A stretch of 61,445 bases of DNA, filler included, from Porpidia crustulata (taxonomy: Eukaryota), in assembly GCA_964255105.1 (NCBI GenBank). It is 5 parts of 5 records of this genome, joined end to end, with 100 filler letters (N's around TTAATTAATTAA, not from the genome) between each part and the next. Parts side by side here need not be neighbours in the genome. Positions count along the whole stretch, not along the records: positions 24,654 to 36,861 come from CAXUWE010000559.1; positions 36,962 to 49,159 come from CAXUWE010000560.1; 3 more parts are not named here. The stretch is one strand, 5' to 3'. This document shows positions 24,654-37,324 of this stretch, one piece after another. The stretch's first letter is position 1, and the number at the start of each line of letters is the position of its first letter. The translations under genes were made by a program, and so were the position numbers. The notes beneath the pieces are model-generated. The model saw nothing but the letters and a program-made list of their open reading frames with translations. It was not told the DNA's origin and searched no databases.

Positions 24654-25383
24654 CCCTCCTACAGGGACCGTCTCCTCGACCATACCCACTTCGACTCAGA
24701 TTGTCACGCCCTCTCAGAGCGGCTCTACTCCTGTCGGCGCCTCCGCGTCCACGCCTCCGGATGTGTATCTCAACGTCCCCAACCTCTCCGTCGGTCGCAT
24801 CGAACTGGAAGTCGACAACCTGCAAGCTGACATCAACCTGAATGCCAACGTCGCCGGCCTTGTATCCATCAATGCCGGTGTCGCCGTCTCCGTCCAAAAA
24901 GTAAATATTACAATCACCGACGTCTCCGCCCAGCTGGAACTGATAGTTCGTCTGAACCATCTCGTTGACATCGTCAATCGCGTCTTTCAGTCCCTGGACC
25001 TGAACCCGCTGCTTATGAGCGCTGCCAACAATTTGACCAGCATCTTACAACCCATCGTGGGCGCCGTCGACGGTCTGCTCGGCTCTATCACCCAGGGTGG
25101 GAAGACTCTCTCCTTTTTGGTGGACAATCTCGGAAATATCGTATCACAGGTGCCCGGGGTGAACGGCGGCTCGCCGGTCAACAGTATTGTAGGGAACTAC
25201 TTGACGAACATGACGGCCACGGGTGCAACGCAGCAATTGCAGAATGGACTGACCCAGAAGACGTATTCATACAGCCCGCTGAATGCTTTGGTCAACATTG
25301 TATTCAACACGGCTGGTCAGGTCGTGCAGGCTACTGTAGTCAAGCAAAGTGGCGGCGGCACCAACAGTACAGCTACTCAGTAA
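24654..25383 (+). CDS. Uncharacterised protein, 5'-truncated; Ser/Thr/Pro-rich linker followed by a PDVYLNVP...LDLNP domain
   Basis: Open frame from the contig edge; strongly C/G-ending codons. Confidence 0.75.
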
Positions 25384-25732
25384 TATAATGCCAGTCAACA
25401 AGTCAATACTTGCACTGGAACTATTAGGGCTTACGGGATACTGGATAGGCCAAAGGGAGAACTATATGGGGCACTAAAGATAATGCGTAAAGGCTCTTCA
25501 AATTTGTCTAATTCTTGTGTAAAAATTTCAGAAATCCATTTTCCCTAATGTAGATCCACCATATGACTATTATTTGATTGCTTTTGGGACAATGTGTGTT
25601 CAGTAATGGCGACCAAACGTATGTACATGTACATGGGCGTTTGTGTAGGAGACGAATAATATAAGGAAAAGTAGATACTTATTGTAGCTCCCTGTAGAAA
25701 TGAATATTTACTATACCTCGTGTAGCTTATGT

Positions 25733-26670
25733 TTACTCCCAGCGAGTGTATTCTGGGAAATAGTTGTCATGGATCCTTTACGCGTAGTCCATCACAACTG
25801 GAAAGCTCTTTACCACTTCCTGAGACTTGGGCGCGCTAACCTCGACTGTTAGCATGTCTCTCAGCCAGAAGTCGTATTGTTGGTGGGGAAGACAGACGCA
25901 TTACAAACAAGTGCCGAAGCTATAAAACCAAACAATGTTGCATCCACTTCAGATGGGCCATCACCTCCCAAGACCCAGAATATTCCATCATTCGTCCCCG
26001 TCTCTGTCTTCTTCCTTCTTGAAGCCACGAGAAGCGCATCAAAATTCTCCCAGATCTCATGTCTAAACGAGCTAATCTCTGTCGCCAATAACCTTCCGGT
26101 GCCTTGACCGTACAGAGTCTGGCTAATTTTACGGTAAGCGAGCAGACCAACAACAATCTGGACAAGGTAAGCTAGGGCTTCGAGGACCTTCGATCGCATG
26201 GTATAACAATTGTCGTGCCATCGTTTGTAATTTTAAGTGCAGTCGATCATCAGTCGCTGGCGCTAAAAAGGAAAGCATTTACTAGGCGTACCGACCTGGT
26301 AGAAATACAATTTCTCCTCCAATAGGGCTCGGAGTGCTAGATCATGGGCTTTATCTGTTGAGGAAAGTTTGGCATTGAGGTCTTCCAATAAGCCATCTTC
26401 TTTTAGATCTCCAACGATGAGCGTAGAATCCGCCAGAAGCGTAGCGTTGGCGACGGTCTGGCTGTTGGAGTCCGTCTTGAAAATCGAAATGTATGGGATC
26501 TTGCCCCTTGGAGCCTTTAACGGCGAACCAGCTTCGCTGTTGTAAGAGAGTCCGCCGAAGCGCAGCCGAGCTTCTAGTTTCGTAACAAAGGGCGACCAGA
26601 CATAGGCTCCCGACCCTTGGAAACCCCGATAAAGAGTGATTACAGGCTGGGCTCTGAGTTGAGAGACCAT
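25733..26670 (-). pseudogene. Metaxin/FAX-like glutathione S-transferase, probably disrupted
   Basis: WSPFVTKLEARLRF, APRGKIPYI and PSEVDATLFGFI motifs; premature TAA at 25780-25778 in DYA*RIHDNYFP; the first intron acceptor appears as TAA rather than TAG. Confidence 0.7.
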
Positions 26671-27052
26671 GATTTGAGACGAAGGTTAATGGAAGCCTTA
26701 AGAGCTTCGGCGCTCATTTTTATGTCGCGGGCTCGGAGTCCAAACTTATCCCGAGATCCCATCTGGCACAGCCCCTCGGGCATCTTGCTTGCCAGTGGCA
26801 AGATGCCCCGTAAATTCTATGTTCAGCATGAGTGATTCTGCTCGAATCCATAGTAGACGCAGTAGCAACTCGTTGCTATCAGTAATTCGCGCATGAAGAC
26901 AAAATGACTATAAGAAAGGAAATATAGCTAGGTATCTGATATCCAATGTGATTTCCACACTAGTAATTGAGTTAGCGCGGTGGCGCGGTAATCAATCACG
27001 AACTGAAAGACCCTCCGTTTTGCATCGTCACCATTGTCTACTCAATTTTCAC

Positions 27053-28411
27053 ATGAGTGGGTCGTCATCCGGCTGTTGCAAATCTCTTACGACGAAGACC
27101 GAATATGATGAAAATAAGGGGCATCATCGACAGGGTCAACTTATCGCCCTTCGTACTAAGCTGGAGCTGCAAGCGTCTGTGCAAACCACCTTAGCACACA
27201 TCGTCGAAATCCCTGCAAAATCTGCCAATTCAATTTTACAGTATGTTCGTTCTGTATGCTAGTAGATCATCTAATTCTCGTTCAGAGCTGTCGAGGCTGT
27301 TATTCGGTTTCACAACATCATCAATCTCCAGCATCTTCGTCGTTTCGTGAAACCTCAGCATCTACCAACCCGGCTCGTTCGACCATCTTCTTCCTCGACC
27401 GTTGAAATTTCTGCAAAGGATGCCAGTCTTTGCTCCGCTGTTTCGGATGACTTTATGCATCGTGACGTAGCTGGGGCCTCTCTCGTCGCTGCTCATAAAC
27501 CAACGCTGTATTTTCTCATATGCGCCGCTTCTGTGTTATCGTATGCAGCAGTCCTCGAGTTACTTGCCTCACTAGATCTCTGTAATCTTAGGGATACTGA
27601 GCCTCAAATCCGCACAATACCAGTTCCCCTACTTCCACCGACTTCCGAGGAGCAAGCAGAGCACTGGAGCAAGGAATATTGGCCGACTGTCTACAAGAAG
27701 AATAACCCGTATGGTCCACATCCGAGCATCATTAACCGGGTAGAGGACGAGATAAGAGATAGCGTGGGAGAATTTATGGACCTTGCAAAACTTGCTGGTG
27801 ATGAGACATTGAGTACATTCAAGGGTGAACCTGTTGGCGCAGTCATAGTGAACCGCAACGCAGCGACAGGTGCTACGCCTGCCGTTGTCGCGGGCGACGC
27901 CCGATGGAGCCATACCGATCAACAAAACCGAAGCGGTAGGGGAAACATTGCAGCCCACGCGGTAATGCGAGCTATTGGTTTGGTGGCTCGTAAAAGACGA
28001 GATCTACTCGGTCTCGAGCATAGTGCCGATGGAGTGAGAAGTTCAAATGGATTTGTTGATCATCCACTTTCAGGCTTGGAAATGGACATATACTTAAAAG
28101 AGTCTCTGGCCCCCGGCGGGTACCTTTGTCTCGATCTCGAGTTGTACGTCACCCACGAGCCATGCGTTATGTGTTCAATGGCAATTATCCACTCAAGGTT
28201 CGGGAAAATTGTATATGGCAAACGCTTGCCAAAAACTGGAGGTATTTCTGCGGACACGAATGCAGATGTTGAAAACGACGAGAGTGGGAAATTGAGGTCA
28301 GCCTATGGCCTCTTTTGGCGCCCCGAACTCAATTGGAAGCTCCTGGCATGGCAATGGCTCGACGATGCATCGCCGCCAAGCGATTTGAGCGATTTGAACA
28401 CACATGCGTAG
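27053..28411 (+). CDS. TAD3: tRNA-specific adenosine deaminase subunit Tad3
   Basis: HLRRF, WSKEYWP, HAVMRAI (pseudo-active site HAV), YLCLDLELYVTHEPCVMCSMAIIHSRF and LNW motifs; one intron. Confidence 0.92.
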
Positions 28412-30144
28412 TGTAGATTTAGACTTTGAGTAGTCGTTTCCACATCTGCCCTCCCCCAATAACCTTTTAAAATATATTGCCTCATCTCATATATAATCCA
28501 CTATGTCCCTGATCTCAACCTAGACAGTTAGAAGACTTACCTGGGTCAAGGCATCAGCGCTTCGCGACTTTCAATAGCAGCGTGCATGGGGTTCTTGGAC
28601 TACCAGGCGAGGAGTAAATTGTTGTATCAATGTCCTGGTACGTGCGCCGGAAGAGGAACAATGCCGTGTAGGGTGAGGGTTGACAATAATCTTCAATAGG
28701 CTCCCCAGGGGATATCTACAGGTGATGAGTACCTTAAACGAGGCCACCATCCGCTAGACCGCCTGATTGCGGTTGACGGCCTCTGTATTGATATGGAGCC
28801 GATGTGTGTGCAAAGCTGGTGAAGGGAGGTCAGGGTGAAGTATCGGCGTGGTTCGGGTTTAGGATTGAACGATCAAATTGGAAGGGTTGAGGATGTCCAC
28901 AGTCGTGCAAAAGTGAAGTATCACTCAGAATCATCTCTAGCAATGGTCGCTCAGGCCATTGCTCCAAGCTACCAAGTTAAGAGAACTGGACAACTGGATT
29001 GACCGCGCGTCCTCTAGAGCACTCACCGGAGCCAACCAAAAGGAAGAGATTATGTCGACGGCGTATTCCAGCAAACTCTTCGCCTCCACATCATAGGGGT
29101 TTACGATCATCGAAGCGTGAAACTATTTCCAGTCTAAATTCCGTGAAGTATCTGGTCGTTCCTCCGCAAACTGCGAGCTCATATTTTAGGCTACCGCTAT
29201 TCTATGCTGACGGGAGTAACACGCTTCAAAAACTGCACTCATGGCGAGTCGCAGTATACTTTTGCCGATGAATCAGTACGAAAGAAATACTCTCATATCG
29301 TGGTTTGATGTGGCATATGATCGAGTTGAATACAAAACAGTGGATATGAGAAAGCCGGTCCCAATTGATGAATCCGTTCCAACAGCGTCGAAAGCACGAT
29401 CCACTGATATGGCAGTATTAGCTAAAATGAGCAATGATGGTCCTCTTGTTTCTATGGTCCGATGAAATTCTCGAGAGTTCGATACAACGCGATTGACGAG
29501 TAAGATCTGATTGCAAGTTTTGAAAGACGAAAAGATTTGTGCATAGTCGCCGAGGAGGACATTTCATGTGAACCTTGCAAGCTCGAGTTTTTGATCAATG
29601 TAATGGCTGCCCTGGCCGTTGGTGGCTCTTGGCTGAAATTTTCACGTACCTACCTGATCGAGGCATCAGTTTGGACGAAGCCGTTCTCTTCGCTGTTGAT
29701 GATTCGGTATTTTGCACAGCGAAGACAAGATGCATCCAAGAAACCGGCCAAGGAGAATCATCAAGAGTATCAATACTTTGAGCTTGTCTGTCAGTGCAGT
29801 GATGCATTTGCGGTTGGTACATAAAAATACGATATTACATGTTCGACACTGCGTTAAAGGAGTAGACTTATTATAATTGAATGTAGACCTCTAGTTTTAA
29901 CTGTGCGTAAAATGGGTCGATGTTTTGCTTCGAACTGAACGATAATCTTTCGTGTACCTACGATGTGTGCTCGGTTCAAGGCGGCTTTATGTGCTTAAAT
30001 CAAAGTTACTGAGGAGACAGGTTCAATTAGCTACAAGTCGCTGATGCGCTACTGCGTCAATTTTCTTCACGTTCCATAGTATGTTTATTAAAGAGGAGAC
30101 CAAATGACGGTGTTGCTCTGCAACTCGATAATCCAGGGCCAGCA

Positions 30145-32003
30145 TCAAAGCTTCGAAGATACCCACATTCCGAGTTTCTCCAGCCCTGCAGGCCCATCAT
30201 ATATCTGCTGCTCAATGACTCGGGTGTTGACCTATGGTATATAAATTATCAGCCACAGAACTCGATATAGAGTAGAAACCATACTGACGTGCTTAATGTC
30301 CAATTCTCGGATATTGCGGGCCCCCAAAAGTCGCATAGCCGTTTCAAGCTCCTCTTTGAGGACTACCATCAACCATATCAGCAAGTGTTTCTGTCGGAAC
30401 CATATGGGTACGTTTACTCTTAAGTGTCCTCTCAACACCAGCAACTCCTCCGGCACCGAGCCCGAATAGAGCAGCCCTGCCTATTCCAACCCCCTTTGCG
30501 CCTAGACAGAGGGCCTTGACTACATCTGTACCTCGTTTGATCCCTCCGTCTACCAGTACGTCAAGCTTCTGTAGTACCTCAGGACAGTATTTACGGATTT
30601 CCAGAAGAGTGTGAACCGCTGGCGGTGCAGTGTCTAGCTGTCTCCCGCCGTGGTTGGAAAGAATGATGCCCTTGACTTGGGGGGCATACAAGGCCGCTAT
30701 GTAGGCGTCTTCGTGTGTTTGAATGCCTTTCAGAACTACGGGCAATGAGGTATGCTTTGCTAGCCATGCCAAGGTCTCTTTCCAGGTTAAGCTAGGAGAT
30801 GTTCCCCCGAACAGTTGCTTCCCAACCCCACTCTCCATGGGCTTACTGTCGGAGCTTGTTTGCAATGCTGAATGAATGGGTAAATTCGAGGCGACATTCT
30901 GCGATCTCTCATCCTCCTCTCTCTTCCCAGGTACGGGCGCATCGAGCGTAAGAACGACATACTTGATCTTGTCGGATAATTTGTTGATTCGAGCTAGCAT
31001 AGCTTCGCTTTTCCTGGGCTGAACTTGGACATAGAGCTGCCACCCAAAGACTTGACCAGGCTTGGCATCTGCCACTATCTGCTCGGGTGTCATGGATGCG
31101 TTGTTTGATATCATCTGCATTGCTCCGAAGCGAGAGCATGCTTTAGCTATGCCGGCTTCCCCCTCGGGGTTCGCCAATCGTGCCATTGCGGCAGGCGAGA
31201 CATAGATGGGGAGCCCGACATCGTAACCGAGGAGAGTAGTGGAAAGATCGCATTTCTTGCAGTCGACGAAGATACGAGGTCGGAGGATGATGGATCGATA
31301 AGCTTCAGTATTCAAATGCTTCGACTGCAGGTCATCACTGCCGGAGTAGTAATATGCCCATGCTTTCCGGCTAAGCTGCCCTTTTGCGACTTCCTCAATC
31401 TCGTCTAGGTTCAACAGAGTATCAAGAGGTGGAGGCCTGCCTTCTCTAGGATTTTTCTCCTTCCTAAGAATTTCTTTGGGTAGGTCATCCACGCTAAGCG
31501 TGCCAAGCTTGAATTTCGGCTCTAGATTTTCTTCTAGAGTTCCCGGGGGATGCACAGGGTCATATTCTTCAGTGGCATCTTTGCCAGCTAGCTGTAGTAT
31601 CTACAGCTCGTCAAAGCATTGTCAGTCGGATTTTCAAGTCTATCGTCTAGCTTCTGTCAGATCGCGTACTATTTTACTACCACCTGGGTGATTTGGGAGG
31701 AAGTCCGTGACCTGGGATTTGCTATTTAGTCAACTTCCACTATGTCCTGTAGGATGACCAACATCGTAAATATCGCCGTATAGGACAACCCAGCAGCTTT
31801 CAGGAGTATTGTGCTTCGCAACTATCGAGAAACTCCTGTAAGTACAACAATACGATGATATGGGTTTCCCGCTACCACACACTTGGGCTGTCGTATGTTG
31901 GAGGATATACCGCAACGATCAAAAAATAGCGGGTAGTCATTTACGATTGAGACATTTCTTCTGTTTTTCACTTACCTTCCGCTGCCTTATACACCTTTCC
32001 CAT
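30145..32003 (-). CDS. CYB2: Cytochrome b2 / FMN-dependent L-lactate dehydrogenase with a cytochrome b5 domain
   Basis: b5 domain [22 protein letters not shown] domain SNHGGRQLD and [18 protein letters not shown]; start exon MGKVYKAAE. Confidence 0.9.
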
Positions 32004-32355
32004 CGTTTTTGTCGTACGGGTTTCTCTGTAAAGTGCAAAGGTTCAGTGACGTATCTAACTTCAATGTTCTTACGGAATTTAGATTTCGAGACATTATATC
32101 TTGGATAGCTTGGGGCCGATTTATGATACTAATTATTACTGTGAGTGAACATGACTCTGATATCATACTTAGTACGACAGTCGAGTGCTTCCCCTCGATT
32201 ACTATCCGAGGAACTTTTGCCCGGCGTACCCGATTGCGTCTCGTGTGACCTCATTCACTACGAGTAAGTGCAGCCACCCACCATCCCACCTACAATAATT
32301 GACAAAGTCTCTACTTTGGGTTTTGTTGATATACGAAACGATAGTCTCGTTCGCA

Positions 32356-32816
32356 ATGTTCGAGGTAAGGGTTGTAGTTAACGACTGCATCGTTGACTTG
32401 CTCACTGCTAGTAGTCCAACGCCGGAGACCGATATCGCTTGCGTTTTCACCGAGCGCGATCCGTTGTGCTCACCAATGACGAGCTTGTGGAGGTACGCGC
32501 TGCGCAACGGACATTTGAGGGTGCCTACATTCGGACCGCGCTCGGCCAGTTTTCGTTTGCGTTGGTGATACTCAAGATCTTTACCTCGGAGTTCTACAGT
32601 ATCGGCGCCCTTTTTGCCATTTACGGTGCCGGAATCCTCCTCACTAGCCTACTTCGGCGGCAGCAAGGAAATCAACAATTCTTTTCAGAGATTGGAGAAG
32701 ACGGGCTGCAGCAGAAGAAATTCCGGACGAGTGGCAATGTTGTTGTAGTCTTAACAGCACTCTCGGTTGCGGCGTATGGATGTTTATTGGGTCTGACACT
32801 GAAGTTGGGCAGTTGA
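32356..32816 (+). CDS. Small membrane protein, DUF202-like
   Basis: EVRAAQRTFEGAYIRTALGQFSFALVILKIF with three hydrophobic segments; short first exon MFE. Confidence 0.75.
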
Positions 32817-33994
32817 TCCGTAAATATGAGGACCCAATGATTTGTCCGCAATGGCTTGAGAAATACAGGTCTTCGGCGTATAATTAATATATCAGAATGT
32901 TAAATGTCGTTGACCGTCGGTAATTTGACTGGGGCGCTCACTGCCCGCAACAATACCGCAGACCCTGGGACAGCACGACTTCTAGCTTGGATCTGTGCGG
33001 ACTGAATTAGGGGGTCAGGAAGCAGTGTCACTTGTTGTTATTCGTATTGGACGAAGTGCACTATTACTAGAACGCATCTTTGAACTGCTCGACAATGTCT
33101 ATCAGAGTCAATTGTGCTCGAGAATGCTGCAGCTATTGGCTACCTAAAGCTAGCATGCTGGGAGGCAGCCATGGGCACAGCAGAGTACCTTAAGTGTTGT
33201 AAACTCCCTCGACGAGATTAGGCAGTGTCAATGATAGCCGGTTCTTCGAGCTGAGTGCCCGTCGTTGACATTTTCGCGTTTATGGCAATCTTCTGGAACA
33301 CACTCTGGTTCCGCGCTTCTGCATAGGGATCAAGTAGGTACCTAATTACAGCCCTTGCGTCATCAGGGTCTTTTAAACACCGAGTACTACTAGTACATAC
33401 AACCTATCCAGGGTATCAGTTGTTAGTACGTGGCGTTTGGCTATACCCAATTCGATATCGTTTATGGCCAGTATATCTACCTTAGAATCTTGTATGTTCT
33501 CTCTCTGAATCAATAAAGGCTTGAATAGATGAGCCGAAAGTTAGATAGATAGATGGGCGATTTGAAGCAATTAATTAAATGCTTGAGCAGGTGCTTGAGC
33601 ATGTAGTTGAGTAATTGATCAAAATTTGCTGACTTAGGGGCAGAATATTCTGACATTGAGAATCAGACGCTAGCAGGGAGGCTAGTCGAGCGTACTAACA
33701 ACTGATACCCTGGATAGGTTGTAGTACTCCTCTACAGAGGTGCAGGGGTGCAGGGGTCCGTCGGCGTTGAACTTTTCTAATACCGCGTTTGCTCTGCACT
33801 CCTTCTACGCTCCTTGCCTCAATCAACCTTTCCTACGCAGCGGCAACAGAAAGGTGCCACGTCTTCTCTCCCCATTAACAGATCTCGCGCATCCTTTCGC
33901 TGACTGCCCTCGTCTTCTCGGGTAGCTGTAAAGCTCCCGTTAAGGAAAATCCACCACCTCTTACTCCCTGGATCATTGGTACAACAACATAGCT

Positions 33995-36528
33995 ATGCCA
34001 CTTTTGGGGCATGAACGACCACTCGCACCACTCCCTGTTCACCACGAAGCAGAACAAGAGAAATCTCAACCTCAACCTAGAACAGGTCCTGCGCGGAGGC
34101 AAAGTCAGCATTCAGTAATCGCTAAAACTGCCATCATGAGTAATATCAATCTTCCTCATTTCGACGGTTTACACCACCCACTCGAGCACGGAGCAATCTG
34201 GCAAGAAAAGCCATCAAAGCAGGCGTTCGACGCTTATCTTACAGCTCCCGAGCCTAAGACTGCGCCCACCCAGAGCTCAAGTTTGGGTGTTGGTGCGTGT
34301 TTGACTGATACACCTGCAACGACTGCACCAAACAGTCCTAAGAATAGCCCTAGAATGTAAGCATCTCACTATGAATTTGCTGTTTTGTTGTCCTGTCCCT
34401 CATTGTATGCAGTCCACCTCTGCGCAGGGATTCTGGCGCATCAACCCCCTCGGGTCGCAGCCGGCCCACGACCCTCGACATACCTGGCCTGACTAGGTCC
34501 AAAGTCTCTCCGGATGGGCGTATATCTCAACGCGATATCGGATCGAAGCTGATAATAGTGATGGTCGGGCTGCCGGCCAGGGGAAAGAGCTACGTTACTA
34601 AGAAGATTGCGAGGTATCTGAATTGGCTTCAACATGATACGAGGATATTTAATGTAGGCGAAAGAAGGCGCGTGGTCGCTGGAGGGCCATGTCGCAGCGC
34701 CCCGCTTGTTCAGACGCAAAGAGAGTTTCCTCAGGATCCTCCTGGATCAATGCTCACTACAACCTCGTTGAACGGCATCTTGAGTCAGAAAGAATTTCTC
34801 GGCCCGCCAGCGCTACCGACCACGATCCTTGTCAACGGAGAGCTTCCCTCTGATTCTTCGACTATCCAGGATCCTACACCATCTACTTCGGAGACAACAG
34901 ACTCTCACAGTCACCAAGCAAGACCTGTTGCAAGTGATACTTCTAGCCTATTATCGATCGAAAGCAACACTTCTGAAGATACAAGGGAGAATTCCACAAG
35001 TCAAGCCATAGAAGACACTGCGGATGCTATGGAGCAATCTGCAAATTTCTTTGACCCAAACAATGCCAAAGCCGCCCAGATTCGCGAGCAAGTCGCCATG
35101 GAGACTCTGGACGAGCTCCTAGATTATATACTTGATCAAGGTGGGTCCGTAGGCATATTCGACGCCACAAACAGTACGCTTGAGAGGCGGAAGGCTATCA
35201 TGACGAAGGTTAGAGAAAGGGCGGGACCGGAGCTTGGGGTTCTATTTCTTGAGTCCCTCTGTATCGATGAGAACGTATGTTGGCTAAGATGCATCTCAAA
35301 AAATCCTAGCTGATCGTGCGCTAGCTTTTGGAGTCAAATATGCGTCTCAAGCTTTCCGGACCTGATTACCGTGATCAGGATCCCGTGACAGCGTTGGCAG
35401 ACTTCAAGAAACGTGTAAGTCTGTATGAACAAAAATATGTGCCACTTGGCGAATATGAAGAGCGAAACAACATGCCCTATATCCAGGTAGGAGTTTTGGC
35501 GATTTTGGAGGTCGTGAGAAGGATAATTAATACTTGATAGATGATTGATGTTGGGCGGAAGGTTGTCTCGCATCAGATTCGAGGTTTCCTATCAGCCCAA
35601 ACGGTCTATTACCTGCTAAATTTCAATCTCTCACCAAGGCAGATCTGGATCACTAGACATGGCGAGTCCCTGGATAATTTGAATGGAAAAATCGGTGGTG
35701 ATTCAGACCTAAGCGAGAACGGTCAACATTACGCAAAAGCATTGATGAGGTTTATACAACATGAGCGTCAGGCTTGGGATATTCGACAGCAGGACAAGGC
35801 AGCTTCAACGCATTTTCCTCCACTGCCCGGTGATACCACACCACCAAATCCCGAGTATTCGTACCATGGAGATCAGAATAGAGATGACTGCCCCAAAAGT
35901 TTCTGTGTATGGACTTCCATGCTCAAGAGGAGTGTTCAGACCGCTCAATATTTCGATGAGGAGGAATTTGATATCAAACAAATGAAAATGCTAGACGAAC
36001 TCAATGCTGGTACGATGGAGGGTCTTACGTACGAGGAGATTCGGACTCAGTATAATGCTGAATATGAGTTGCGCAAACAAGACAAACTTCACTATCGATA
36101 TCCGGGAGCCGGTGGAGAAGGTTATCTAGATATCATCAATCGCCTGCGAGCCGTCATTGTTGAGGTGGAAAGAATGACCGACCATGTTCTTCTTGTTGGG
36201 CATCGTTCCGTCGCGCGAGTACTCCTAGCCTACTTCAAAGGCTTGAAGCGGGAGGATGTAGCCGACCTTGATGGTACGAAAATCCTAGCTATGTCACTCG
36301 GGAGTACTACTAATCTATGATTTAATGGAATATAGTTCCACTGGGTATGCTGTACATGCTCGAACCTGTAAGACTCCATGCCCGCAAATGAATATTCCAC
36401 TCTGACATACTCTTCAGAAACCATACGGAGTGGACTTCAAAGCTTATCGATACAACTCGGAAAAAGACTGGTTTGATTACGTTCCGGAATATGAGCTGCG
36501 CCGAGCGGCTTTTCAGTCATCAAATTAG
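33995..36528 (+). CDS. PFK26: 6-phosphofructo-2-kinase (Pfk26-like), multi-exon
   Basis: MVGLPARGKSY P-loop, FDATNST, RHGES phosphatase-like motif, DELNAG. Confidence 0.92.
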
Positions 36529-36861
36529 GATTGGCCATTGCATCGGGGTGTTTGAAGGCGTTATATATACCCAGCTGCTTGCATATATCCTCAAAGGGAG
36601 GAATTAGAGGTTGGTTCGGGGATTTGGGAGAATGCTTCTGCCTTGTTGTTTGGATGAGGGTCTTAGGTGACGGTGTTTACACCCCTTGTTGAAGCTCAGT
36701 ATTCTGTATTGGGATTGTAATGGTCGTTCTTCTCAAATATTAATAACGAAAAAATCACAGAACCAATGTGAGGATTCTTCATCATGTTAATGGCCTTGTA
36801 AAATTGTCAATTGATAAGATGAAAGGATGAAAGGATACTTCCATTCGTTCTGGTACAAGGA

Positions 36862-36961
36862 NNNNNNNNNNNNNNNNNNNNNNNNNNNNNNNNNNNNNNN
36901 NNNNNTTAATTAATTAANNNNNNNNNNNNNNNNNNNNNNNNNNNNNNNNNNNNNNNNNNNN
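36862..36961. other. Artificial contig spacer
   Basis: N44-TTAATTAATTAA-N44. Confidence 0.98.
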
Positions 36962-37324
36962 GAGTTGCTCGATTTGGGGGCAAATGATGTGTATAACATC
37001 AAATTACGATACTGGGTATGCTATAGCCAATTATCTAAACGAGCAGGTAGTGGCTCCATTATCAAAAGCAATGTTATCAGGATTTAATTTTTTGATTTTC
37101 CAAAACGGCCATGCGTTGCTTTTAGGTTCATTTGTTACGGAGTGCGTCCCTACCAATCTACCTACTTGGGTACGGTAAAGGTAGTTTCTTCCTGTGATGA
37201 TATTGTCTCTCCTGCGCTGCCAATGATCATCATAACACCTTTTCTGTCGGGGTCAAGTATCGTGAGTCATTGAAAAGCTCACTTTCTGGCCTCAATGCGT
37301 CAGACTCCAAGCTCCACTGTAATT

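Noticed and set aside
28500..29900. Short ORFs between TAD3 and CYB2
   Set aside because: No recognisable motif or consistent exon chain could be built
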